The position numbers and the translations under genes were made by a program. Below are positions 38,639-46,611 of a stretch of 64,000 nt of DNA, piece after piece. The stretch is taken from NCBI GenBank assembly GCA_965237745.1, contig OZ250156.1, positions 3,809,426 through 3,873,425 on the forward strand. The letters run 5' to 3'. The stretch's first letter is position 1, and the number at the start of each line of letters is the position of its first letter. Source of the stretch: Dehalococcoidia bacterium (lineage in GTDB: Bacteria > Chloroflexota > Dehalococcoidia > Lucifugimonadales > UBA3495). The notes under the pieces are model-generated. The model was not told the DNA's origin and made no database searches. It worked only from the letters and a program-made list of their open reading frames with translations.

Positions 38639-39751
38639 TTACCGGAAGTTGGGCATCACTTTTTCTGAGAAGAGTTTCAGCGAACTGGAGACCTGATCGT
38701 AGGACAGACCCCCGGCGTCCAAGTAGCTGATGAAGTGGGTGACGTGGTTCTGTTCGAGTTCCCTGATGGCCGCGGTCACCTTGTCGGGGCTGCCTATGGC
38801 GGCCATGCCCTCCTTGCCACGCTCGGCCACGAGGTCGGGCTCGATGAACGGATCCTGGACGTAGTGCTCGTAGCCGCGAACGCCGGAGGCGCGCACCACA
38901 TCCGACAGGGGACGGCGCAGGAAGTCGCTCATGTCGCCCGCCCACTGGAGGCGTGGGACCAGCAGGTCAACAGCCTCCTCGTCGGTGGGAGCCACGTAGA
39001 CGTTGCGGACGGCGGCGACCTCGATGTCATCGGGAGCCACGCCCTCTTCCAGCATGCGGCGGCGGTAGAGGTTGATAAGGTTCTGATCGGAGTCGGGAGA
39101 TGCAGGAAAGAAGCTGCTGCCCACGGTGAACAGTCCCCAGCGGTTCTCAACGGCGATTTCGACGGACTCCGGGCTGTGGGTCACCGCCATGAAAACGGGG
39201 GGATGGGGCTGCTGGACGGGCTTGGGAATTACCCGCACCTCGGGGAAGTTGAAGTACTCGCCATCGTAGGAGAAGGTATCTTCGGTCCAGGAGCGGACGG
39301 CGATGTCCATGCCTTCAACGAACCGGCCCCGCGACTCGGCGATATCCATGCCGTAGATGTCGAACTCGCGCTTCTGGTAGCCGCGGCCCGCTCCGACGAT
39401 CAGCCGGCCCTGGCTGATTATGTCCAGCGTGGCGAGGTCCTGGGCGAGGCGCAGCGGGGGATGCCACGGCACAATGGTGCAGGCTACGCCGACCTTGACG
39501 CGCTTGGTCTTGGCCGCGATGGCGGCCAGCAGGCTGTGCGGGGAACTGATGATGCTATGCTCGCTGAAGGCGTGCTCCGCGATCCAGACGGAATCGAAAC
39601 CCAACTCCTCGGCCAGCTCGGCGCCGCGCAGGATGTCCTCGTAGACCTGCACGTCGGTACGGCTGACCGGGTTTGGGTTGACCTTCCTCTCATCGGCGTA
39701 TTGTTCGTGCAACTGCGGGCGCTGGCCCACGAAGAAGGCTCCGAACTGCAT
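38639..39751 (-). CDS. LLM-class flavin-dependent oxidoreductase
   Basis: MQFGAFFVG...LGFDSVWIAEHAFS...LDIISQGRLIVGAGRGY..., the LLM pattern. Confidence 0.85.
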   Translation of the reverse strand: MQFGAFFVGQRPQLHEQYADERKVNPNPVSRTDVQVYEDILRGAELAEELGFDSVWIAEHAFSEHSIISSPHSLLAAIAAKTKRVKVGVACTIVPWHPPLRLAQDLATLDIISQGRLIVGAGRGYQKREFDIYGMDIAESRGRFVEGMDIAVRSWTEDTFSYDGEYFNFPEVRVIPKPVQQPHPPVFMAVTHSPESVEIAVENRWGLFTVGSSFFPASPDSDQNLINLYRRRMLEEGVAPDDIEVAAVRNVYVAPTDEEAVDLLVPRLQWAGDMSDFLRRPLSDVVRASGVRGYEHYVQDPFIEPDLVAERGKEGMAAIGSPDKVTAAIRELEQNHVTHFISYLDAGGLSYDQVSSSLKLFSEKVMPNFR

Positions 39752-39755
39752 GCGG

Positions 39756-40214
39756 TTAGCCCTCCTGCTCGATCTCGGCGTACACCGCCCGCATGGAGGT
39801 ACCGGAGTCGTCCTCCACTTCGGTGAACCATTTGATCAGGGAGCGGGTCAACTGGTCGACGGATTCGTCCTCTCCCGCCGCCTCATAGCGCATGCGGACA
39901 GTGGGCAGGGTTACACGGGTCTGGGCCTCGCGCATCCAAACGATCTTTTCCTTGTCGGTCATGTCCGAACCGGCCACCTGCAGCCGTTCGTGGAACAGGG
40001 CGTCGTCCTTGTCCTCGGGCGTGCCGCCCAACTCGCGGATGCGCCGGTCGAAGATGTCACCGTGGCTGGTCTCGCGCTCGGCCACGAAGGAGAGGCAGCC
40101 CCTCAGCCCCGGGTGCTCGGTCTTGTCGGCCCAGGCCTTGAGGAAGACCCCAGCGCGATGCTCCTGCAGGCGGATGTCGTTGAGCAGGTCGATATATTCG
40201 GGCTTGTCTGGCAT
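39756..40214 (-). CDS. Hypothetical protein, possibly ferritin-like helical bundle
   Basis: 152 aa; its stop is 4 nt before the LLM start (operon). It contains one E-x-x-H (AERETSHG) but I see no complete di-iron motif set, so the function is unassigned. Confidence 0.5.
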   Translation of the reverse strand: MPDKPEYIDLLNDIRLQEHRAGVFLKAWADKTEHPGLRGCLSFVAERETSHGDIFDRRIRELGGTPEDKDDALFHERLQVAGSDMTDKEKIVWMREAQTRVTLPTVRMRYEAAGEDESVDQLTRSLIKWFTEVEDDSGTSMRAVYAEIEQEG

Positions 40215-40411
40215 GGTAATACCTCACGAAAATGGGCGTTTTGGAGCCGGAATCGAACGCGGCCGTCCAATCAACGAAGATTGTCCGCCGGAAACTGGCG
40301 GGCCGCAGGATTACAGGCGAGTGTAGTGCGCCGCCAATAGGGTGTCAAACCTGACGGAAAGCGGCGCGTGCTAGAATTACCGTACTAATCAGACCCACAC
40401 AAGGAGCAATT

Positions 40412-41590
40412 TTGCCACAACTGACCGAAGCGCAACGCGGCATGGTAGCCACCATCCGGGAGTTCGTCAGGCGTGAGGTGCAACCGGTCGCGCAGGAGAT
40501 GGAGCACGCCGACGAGTACCCCTTCGAACTGGTGGAGCGGATGAAGGAGTTGGGCCTGTTCGGGGCGGTCATCCCCGAGGAGTACGGCGGCCTGGAGCTG
40601 GACGTGGCGTCCTATGCTCTGGTGATAGAGGAAATTTGCCGGGGCTGGATGAGCCTCAGCGGGATACTCAACTCGCATCTCATTATGGCGTACATGGTGA
40701 GCACCCACGGCACTATCGAACAGAAGGAGCGCTTTCTGCCACTGATGGCCACCGGCGAGAAGCGGGGCGGCATCTGCATCACCGAGCCCAACGCAGGCAG
40801 CGACGTGCAGGCGATCGAGACGCGGGCCGTTCGGGACGGCGACGACTACGTGGTCAATGGGGCCAAGAGCCTGATCACCAACGGTCGCCACGGCAACACA
40901 TTCGCTCTGGTCACCAAGACCAACCCGGACGCCGACCCGCCCCGGCGCGGCATAAGCATCTTCATTGCCGAAAAGGGGCCGGGATTCAACGTGGTTCGCG
41001 ACATCCCGAAGCTGGGCTACAAGGGAGTGGACACCTGCGAACTTTCCTTCGACGATTACCGCGTCTCCGGCGGCAACCTGGTCGGGAGCGAGGAAGGCAA
41101 GGGGTTCTACCAGATTATGAGCGGCCTGGAGCTGGGCCGCATCAACGTCGCCGCCCGCTGCCTCGGCGTGGCCCGGGCCGCGCTGGAGGAGTCCACTCGC
41201 TATGCCAAGCAGCGAGAGACCTTCGGCAAGCCCATCGGCGAACACCAGAGTGTGCAGATCATGCTGGCCAACATGGCCACCAATATCCAAGCGGCCCACC
41301 TGATGGTGCTGCACGCCGCCGACAAGAAGGACCGGGGCGAGCGGGCGGACATGGAGGCGGGTATGGCCAAGCTGTTCGCCAGCGAGATGTGCCTGCAGGT
41401 CGCCACCGACGCCATGCGCATCCACGGCGGCTACGGCTACACCCAGGACCTGCCGGTGGAGCGTCACTTCCGGGACGCCCCCCTGATGATGATCGGCGAG
41501 GGCACCAACGAAATCCAGCGCCTGGTCATCGCCCGCCACCTGCTCAACAACTACGCCACCGGCGACTTCCTCTACGAGTCAGGGTTGTAG
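40412..41590 (+). CDS. Acyl-CoA dehydrogenase
   Basis: 392 aa with ...GGICITEPNAGSDV..., ...YKGVDTCELSFDD..., ...RETFGKPIGEHQ... and ...IHGGYGYTQDLPVERHFRDAPLMMIGEGTNEIQ. Confidence 0.92.
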   Translation: MPQLTEAQRGMVATIREFVRREVQPVAQEMEHADEYPFELVERMKELGLFGAVIPEEYGGLELDVASYALVIEEICRGWMSLSGILNSHLIMAYMVSTHGTIEQKERFLPLMATGEKRGGICITEPNAGSDVQAIETRAVRDGDDYVVNGAKSLITNGRHGNTFALVTKTNPDADPPRRGISIFIAEKGPGFNVVRDIPKLGYKGVDTCELSFDDYRVSGGNLVGSEEGKGFYQIMSGLELGRINVAARCLGVARAALEESTRYAKQRETFGKPIGEHQSVQIMLANMATNIQAAHLMVLHAADKKDRGERADMEAGMAKLFASEMCLQVATDAMRIHGGYGYTQDLPVERHFRDAPLMMIGEGTNEIQRLVIARHLLNNYATGDFLYESGL

Positions 41591-41620
41591 GATTGGCTGT
41601 CGAGTAAGCAAGGGGTTGGC

Positions 41621-41893
41621 GTGGTACCATATTTTACAATTGTTGGCCATGATGAATCCTATTTCGTGAATCGTGGAGCGACTAGGGATGAAATCTCCTT
41701 GGTTTTGGCGACCGGAGAAATAACCGCTACTTTTGCTGACCGCTACATAGCCACGGGTGTTCTCACCGACGGATATGACAGACCGAAGGGTTTCTATCCG
41801 CACAAGGAATTGCAAGTCGTCTTTGCAATCAGGGAATGGGGCATAGCGGTGGTTACTGTGATTGTCCGTTTTGGAACTTGGGAGCAAGGGTAA
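41621..41893 (+). CDS. DUF4258-like small protein (putative toxin component)
   Basis: 90 aa. ...GHDESYFVNRGATRDEISLVL...ELQVVFAIREWGIAVVTVI resembles the H..R..RgI...I...vV....vvTv pattern of DUF4258. The stop overlaps the next start (TAATG). Confidence 0.5.
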   Translation: MVPYFTIVGHDESYFVNRGATRDEISLVLATGEITATFADRYIATGVLTDGYDRPKGFYPHKELQVVFAIREWGIAVVTVIVRFGTWEQG

Positions 41894-42435
41894 TGAGAAT
41901 AACCTACTCCGCAGAGGTAGACGTCGCATATATCTACCTCACTGATACCACAGGTAATGTAGATACCGTTGTTGTTGATCCTGAAAGGTCTGACCTAATG
42001 CTCGACTTTGATTTCAGCGATAGGTTGGTCGGAGTTGAAGTTCTGGATGCCTCGCTAAGGCTTGACCTGAAACATCTGAGGCCACACATTGACAAACTCG
42101 ACGGGCCATCCTTCCGGTGGTCGACTTTCGTGTTGGAGATGCGCGACCTGCTTGAGCAGGAGTCACCCATTTGGGAGACCGACACCCACGAAAAGGCTTG
42201 GGTCGAAGAAGTGGGACTAGATACCGTCAAAATCCGCTCTGACAGAACCGGAGAAATTCAGGAGGTTATGCGTCTGCACCTGGAGGATCTGGACGTAGCG
42301 CCATCAAAAGTCATCGAAGGCCTTGGAATTCTTCATACACTCTACGAAATGGGTCGCCCCCCTTGGCCAGCGAAGAAACGCCTTTATCCCTTGCAACGTG
42401 ACCTCTCGGAACTGGTCACAAGGCAGGACAAATAG
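41893..42435 (+). CDS. DUF2283 domain protein with a ~120-aa uncharacterised C-terminal extension (putative antitoxin component)
   Basis: MRITYSAEVDVAYIYLTD...DFDFSDRLVGVEVLDASLRL is a canonical DUF2283 N-domain. I recognise no family in the remaining ~120 aa. Confidence 0.65.
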   Translation: MRITYSAEVDVAYIYLTDTTGNVDTVVVDPERSDLMLDFDFSDRLVGVEVLDASLRLDLKHLRPHIDKLDGPSFRWSTFVLEMRDLLEQESPIWETDTHEKAWVEEVGLDTVKIRSDRTGEIQEVMRLHLEDLDVAPSKVIEGLGILHTLYEMGRPPWPAKKRLYPLQRDLSELVTRQDK

Positions 42436-42466
42436 ATTTCTTGCATACGAAACGCGGAGGATTTTA

Positions 42467-43864
42467 ATGGTTCAGACCAACAATGAGACCGGCATCACCC
42501 GCGCCCTTGGCAACTTTGCGCAGGCGCTGGATTACGAGGACCTTTCGCCGGAGGTGATTGACTGGGCCAAGTACTTGTGCCTGGACTTTGCGGGCGTCAC
42601 GCTTAACGGCTCGACCACCGACTCGGCGCGGGCCGCGGTGGACGCGCTGCAGCGGCTGGAGCGGCCGGGGCCGTCGGCCATCGTGGGGACGCCTCACCGG
42701 GTGCTGCCGGAGTATGCATCAATGGCCAACGGCATCGCCTTCCACAGCATAGAGATGGACGACGTGAACAACGAGGCGTCGCTGCATCCCGGCGTGGTGG
42801 CCTTCCCGACGGCCCTGTCAATGGCCGATCTAGCCCACGTCTCGGGCCAAGACTTCATCGCCGCCGTAGTCGCCGGATACGACGTGATCGTGCGGCTGGG
42901 ACGGGCGTTGCAGCCCGCCGAGCACTATGGACGGGGCTTCCACCCAACCGGCACCTGCGGGGCCTTCGGCGCGGCGGTGGTGGCCGGTCGGCTGCTGGGG
43001 TTGCAGGGCGACGACTTCATTCACGCTCTGGGTATCGCCGGCAGCCAGACGGCGGGCAGCATGGAGTACTTGGCGCAGGGAGCGTGGACCAAGCGCTTCC
43101 ACCCCGGCTGGGCATCGCACAGCGGCTCGTGGGCAGCGCTGCTGGCTCGTTCCGGCTACACCGGGCCGACCACCATCCTGGAGGGCCGGGACGGATTTTT
43201 GCAGGCCTACTCCGGCAATCCCGACCCGTCGCTGGTATTGCAGGACCTGGGCGAGGAGTACCTGATCACCCGCACGGGTATCAAACCCCACGCCTGCTGC
43301 CGCTACAAGCAGGGGCCCATCGACTGCCTCATCGACATCCGCAACACCCACGGCCTCACCGCCGACGATGTGGAGGAGGTTACCATCGGCGTGCTCAGCG
43401 GCGGGTTCAAGCTGGTGGCCTCTCCCGAAGAGGACAAGGCCAACCCCAAGACCGTGGTCGATATGCAGTTCTCCATGCCCTTCGGCGCGGCTGTAGCCCT
43501 CTCCTATGGGCGGGCGTCGCTGGAGGAGTATGCTGATGGTGTGCCGGACCGCCCGGAGATCCGTCGGATCTTGCCCAAGGTCAAGTGCGTGACCGACCCG
43601 GAGCTGGACACCCACTTCCCCCGCGAGTTCCGCGCATGGGCAGAGGTAGAAACCGCCGATGGGAGGCGTCTGCGCAGCGACATCCGGTACCCCAAGGGCG
43701 ACCCGGAAAATGCGCTGTCGTGGGACGAGATGAAGGAGAAGTTCACCGCTCTGACGGCCCCGGTAATCAGCGCGGAGCGACAGCAGCAGATCATCACCGC
43801 CATCGAATCCTTGGAATATATGGAAGACGTCCGGGACCTGGCCGCCCTTCTGTCAACGGAGTAG
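42467..43864 (+). CDS. MmgE/PrpD family protein (2-methylcitrate dehydratase-like)
   Basis: Start at MVQTNNETGITRALGNFAQAL, preceded by GGAGGA. ...NGIAFHSIEMDDV...HPG...FHPTGTCGAFGAA...GTAGSQTAG-like motifs. Confidence 0.88.
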   Translation: MVQTNNETGITRALGNFAQALDYEDLSPEVIDWAKYLCLDFAGVTLNGSTTDSARAAVDALQRLERPGPSAIVGTPHRVLPEYASMANGIAFHSIEMDDVNNEASLHPGVVAFPTALSMADLAHVSGQDFIAAVVAGYDVIVRLGRALQPAEHYGRGFHPTGTCGAFGAAVVAGRLLGLQGDDFIHALGIAGSQTAGSMEYLAQGAWTKRFHPGWASHSGSWAALLARSGYTGPTTILEGRDGFLQAYSGNPDPSLVLQDLGEEYLITRTGIKPHACCRYKQGPIDCLIDIRNTHGLTADDVEEVTIGVLSGGFKLVASPEEDKANPKTVVDMQFSMPFGAAVALSYGRASLEEYADGVPDRPEIRRILPKVKCVTDPELDTHFPREFRAWAEVETADGRRLRSDIRYPKGDPENALSWDEMKEKFTALTAPVISAERQQQIITAIESLEYMEDVRDLAALLSTE

Positions 43865-43897
43865 GAGGCGGGGGTAACGCAGGTCAGGCAACGCGAG

Positions 43898-45100
43898 ATG
43901 ACTCCGCCGCTTCAGGGCATTCGCATCCTCGAAATGTCGCAGGCCATCGCCGGGCCGGTGGCGGCGCGGACTCTGGGCGACCTGGGCGCGGAGATCATCA
44001 AGATCGAGCAGCCCGGCGCCGGGGATATGTCGCGCCGCATCGGCCCGCACTTTCTCGGTGGTGAGAGCGCCTATTACCTGAATTTCAACCGGAACAAGAG
44101 GAGCGTGACCATAGACCTGCGGACACCGGAGGGCCGGGCGGTGTGCCACCGGCTCGTCGCGGTGTCCGACGTGGTTTTCGACGCCTTCCGACCCTCGGTG
44201 CTGGAACGGCTGGGTTTGGACTACGAATCGCTGAAGGCGGTCAACCCGTCCATCATCGCCTGCTCGCTGTCGGCCTTCGGGCAGGTGGGGCCGTACCGGG
44301 AGCGGCCCGGCTTCGACGGAATCGTGCAGGCCATGGGTGGCGGGATGAGCGTTACCGGCAACCCCGGACAGCCGCCGGTGTTCATGGGCTTCCCGGTGGG
44401 CGACATGGTGGGCGGCTACGTGGCGGCGCTGAGCATCACATCGGCTTTGTACGGGCGCCGGGTCACCGGCGAGGGCCGCCGGCTGGACATCTCGCTGCTG
44501 GACGTGCAGATTGCCCTGCAAGCGCACTTGGGGCAGTTCTACCTGGTGTCCGGCGAGGTACCGCAACCCATCGGCTCCGGCCATCCGTCCAACCTGCCCG
44601 TTGGTGCCTACCAGTGCGCCGACGGAAAGTACGTGCAGGTCCATTGCGCCAGCCAGGAATTCGCCATGAAGACGCTGCGAATGATGTCGGGCGAAATCGA
44701 AGCACTGCGAGGCATGGATGAGGACCCGCGCTTCACCACCGCGCCCGCCCGCATCGAAAACCGCGAGGCGCTGGAGGAGGCGCTGACTGCCGGATTTGGC
44801 ACAAAGCCCCGGGCCGAGTGGGAGCAATTGCTGCTGAAGTGGGATGTGCCCGGCGGCCCGGTCAACAACATCGCCGAGGCCCTGGCCGACCCGCAGGTGC
44901 AACTCCGCGACATGGTCGTGGAGATCGACCATCCCGTGGCCGGGACGTACCAGACAGCCGGCAACCCCATCAAGAGCGGCAGCCCGGATACCTTCACTCC
45001 CCCGCCCACGCTGGGACAGGATACTCAAGACGTGCTGACCGGCCTGCTCGGGTACAGCGGCACGGAAGTTGCGGCTCTGCGGGATGCCGGGGCGATCTAG
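43898..45100 (+). CDS. Family III CoA-transferase (CaiB/BaiF)
   Basis: ...GIRILEMSQAIAGPVAARTLGDLGAEIIKIEQPGAGD...NRNKRSVTIDL...GFDGIVQAMGG... Confidence 0.9.
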   Translation: MTPPLQGIRILEMSQAIAGPVAARTLGDLGAEIIKIEQPGAGDMSRRIGPHFLGGESAYYLNFNRNKRSVTIDLRTPEGRAVCHRLVAVSDVVFDAFRPSVLERLGLDYESLKAVNPSIIACSLSAFGQVGPYRERPGFDGIVQAMGGGMSVTGNPGQPPVFMGFPVGDMVGGYVAALSITSALYGRRVTGEGRRLDISLLDVQIALQAHLGQFYLVSGEVPQPIGSGHPSNLPVGAYQCADGKYVQVHCASQEFAMKTLRMMSGEIEALRGMDEDPRFTTAPARIENREALEEALTAGFGTKPRAEWEQLLLKWDVPGGPVNNIAEALADPQVQLRDMVVEIDHPVAGTYQTAGNPIKSGSPDTFTPPPTLGQDTQDVLTGLLGYSGTEVAALRDAGAI

Positions 45101-45145
45101 CGCCGGGCGGGCAGTAAGTGTCAAATCGGCCGGATGATGCTGTGA

Positions 45146-45447
45146 ATGATTGAAGATTGCGTCGCCAGAGGCGAGAATTTCGCTTTCGAGACGACGCTCA
45201 GCGGCCGCGGGTACATACGGATGATCCCGCGCTGGAGGAAGCTGGGTATTGGGTTTCACTTATCTTCCTGCGTCTGCCGTCCCCAGAACTGGCGATTTCC
45301 CGAGTTAGACAGCCCGTGGCAATGGGTGGTTACCATGTACCAGAGGACGTTATCAGGCGCAGATTCCAGTCGGGGCGGGGGGACAATTTTCGGCACATTT
45401 ATCGCCGCTTGGTCAACGAGTCAGTAGTCTACGATGTAGGTAAATAA
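45146..45447 (+). pseudogene. Remnant of a zeta-toxin-like P-loop kinase (COG4185-type): 5'-truncated and frameshifted
   Basis: Frame 1 gives ...ENFAFETTLSGRGYIRMIPRWRKLG and another frame gives YWVSLIFLRLPSPELAISRVRQPVAMGGYHVPEDVIRRRFQSGRGDNF...VVYD. The junction AAGCTGGGTATTGGGTTTCA would need one extra T to read KLGYWVS. The N-terminal P-loop region is absent. Confidence 0.6.
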
Positions 45448-45452
45448 ACCTG

Positions 45453-45641
45453 ATGGTAGATATCGAGGGACAACCACCAGCGGAAGGTCACTGGATTTAC
45501 AGCGACCCAGAAAATCCTATCCCTGGCGTTGAAGAAGCCATGCAACGCGCCACCCATAAGGCCCGAAAGTTGTCTATTGCTCTAACAGGCCGTGTCGTAA
45601 CCTTACGAGGCGGTAAAGTGGTTTACGACACTGAACCATAA
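45453..45641 (+). CDS. Small hypothetical protein (62 aa)
   Basis: ORF only; follows the kinase remnant by 5 nt. The tail ...GRVVTLRGGKVVYDTEP matches no family I recognise. Confidence 0.35.
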   Translation: MVDIEGQPPAEGHWIYSDPENPIPGVEEAMQRATHKARKLSIALTGRVVTLRGGKVVYDTEP

Positions 45642-45648
45642 GAAGTAG

Positions 45649-46593
45649 TTGGCAGGAGGTCCGATCATGGCAACCAGCGCAAAACTTGGCATCCTGGTAC
45701 CCGGCGGCTTCGGGGGAAACCCGCCTACACTTGCCGAATTTTCGGCCTTCTTCCGGCGGGCCGAGCAGCTTGGGTACGATTCGCTGTGGGTGATTGACCG
45801 GATTTTTCATCCCAACAGCATCATAGACCCGATGACCCTGCTGACTGTCGCCGCCACGGTTACTGAGCGGGTACGCCTGGGGACGGCGGTGCTGCTGTTT
45901 GTCATGCGCAACCCGGTGCTGGCGGCCAAGACCACGTCAACGCTGGACTACCTGTCGGGCGGGCGGCTTACGCTGGGGATCTCCTTGGGAGGTCGCGACA
46001 ACGAGTTCGGCCCGCTGGGAGTGGACGTGCGCCGCCGCGTCAGCCGCTTCAACGAGGGGCTAGAGGTCATGCGCCGCCTCTGGGCGGAGCGCGACGTCAC
46101 CCATCACGGCCGTCACTTCTCCATGGACAACGTCAACATCGACCCAAAGCCTGTACAGCAGCCATCTATTCCAACCATCATCGGTGGTTCAGCCGACTCC
46201 GCGCTGCAACGGGCCGCCGAGCATACCGACGGCTGGGTTGCCGGCGGAGCGGCCAGCCCCGAGGTCTTCGCCCAAGCATGGGCCAAGGTGCGCGACTACG
46301 CCGCCTCAGCAGGCAAGGACCCGGATGCGCTGCAATCGGCCAAGCTGATCTACACCTACGTGGACACCGACCGCGACCGGGCCAAGCGCGCATTGGAGAC
46401 CTTCACTCACGCCTACTACGGCCCGCAGTACGACGTGGAAAACGCCTGCGCCTTCGGGCGCCCCGAGGACTGCGCCGCCAAGCTCCAAGCCTACATCGAC
46501 GCGGGAGCGCAGACGGTGATGGTCGGCCCCACCTGGCCCGACCTGGCGCAGATAGAGCGGATAAGTGCGGAGGTCGCCCCGCTACTGCGGTAG
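45649..46593 (+). CDS. LLM-class F420-dependent oxidoreductase
   Basis: ...LGYDSLWVIDRIF...LDYLSGGRLTLGISLGG...; start may be 45667 (MATSAKLGILV). Confidence 0.85.
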   Translation: MAGGPIMATSAKLGILVPGGFGGNPPTLAEFSAFFRRAEQLGYDSLWVIDRIFHPNSIIDPMTLLTVAATVTERVRLGTAVLLFVMRNPVLAAKTTSTLDYLSGGRLTLGISLGGRDNEFGPLGVDVRRRVSRFNEGLEVMRRLWAERDVTHHGRHFSMDNVNIDPKPVQQPSIPTIIGGSADSALQRAAEHTDGWVAGGAASPEVFAQAWAKVRDYAASAGKDPDALQSAKLIYTYVDTDRDRAKRALETFTHAYYGPQYDVENACAFGRPEDCAAKLQAYIDAGAQTVMVGPTWPDLAQIERISAEVAPLLR

Positions 46594-46611
46594 GGAAACG
46601 CGCCCTTTGCC

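Noticed and set aside
40242-40335. tRNA-like string on the minus strand (…GGACGGCCGCGTTCGATTCCGGCTCCA) plus several GC hairpins in the divergent intergenic region upstream of the acyl-CoA dehydrogenase
   Set aside because: Only a T-arm-like segment is present, and its stem needs a bulged C. There is no pairing acceptor stem, D-arm or anticodon arm, so it is not a tRNA or tmRNA gene. It could be a decayed tRNA 3' fragment (an old att site) or chance.
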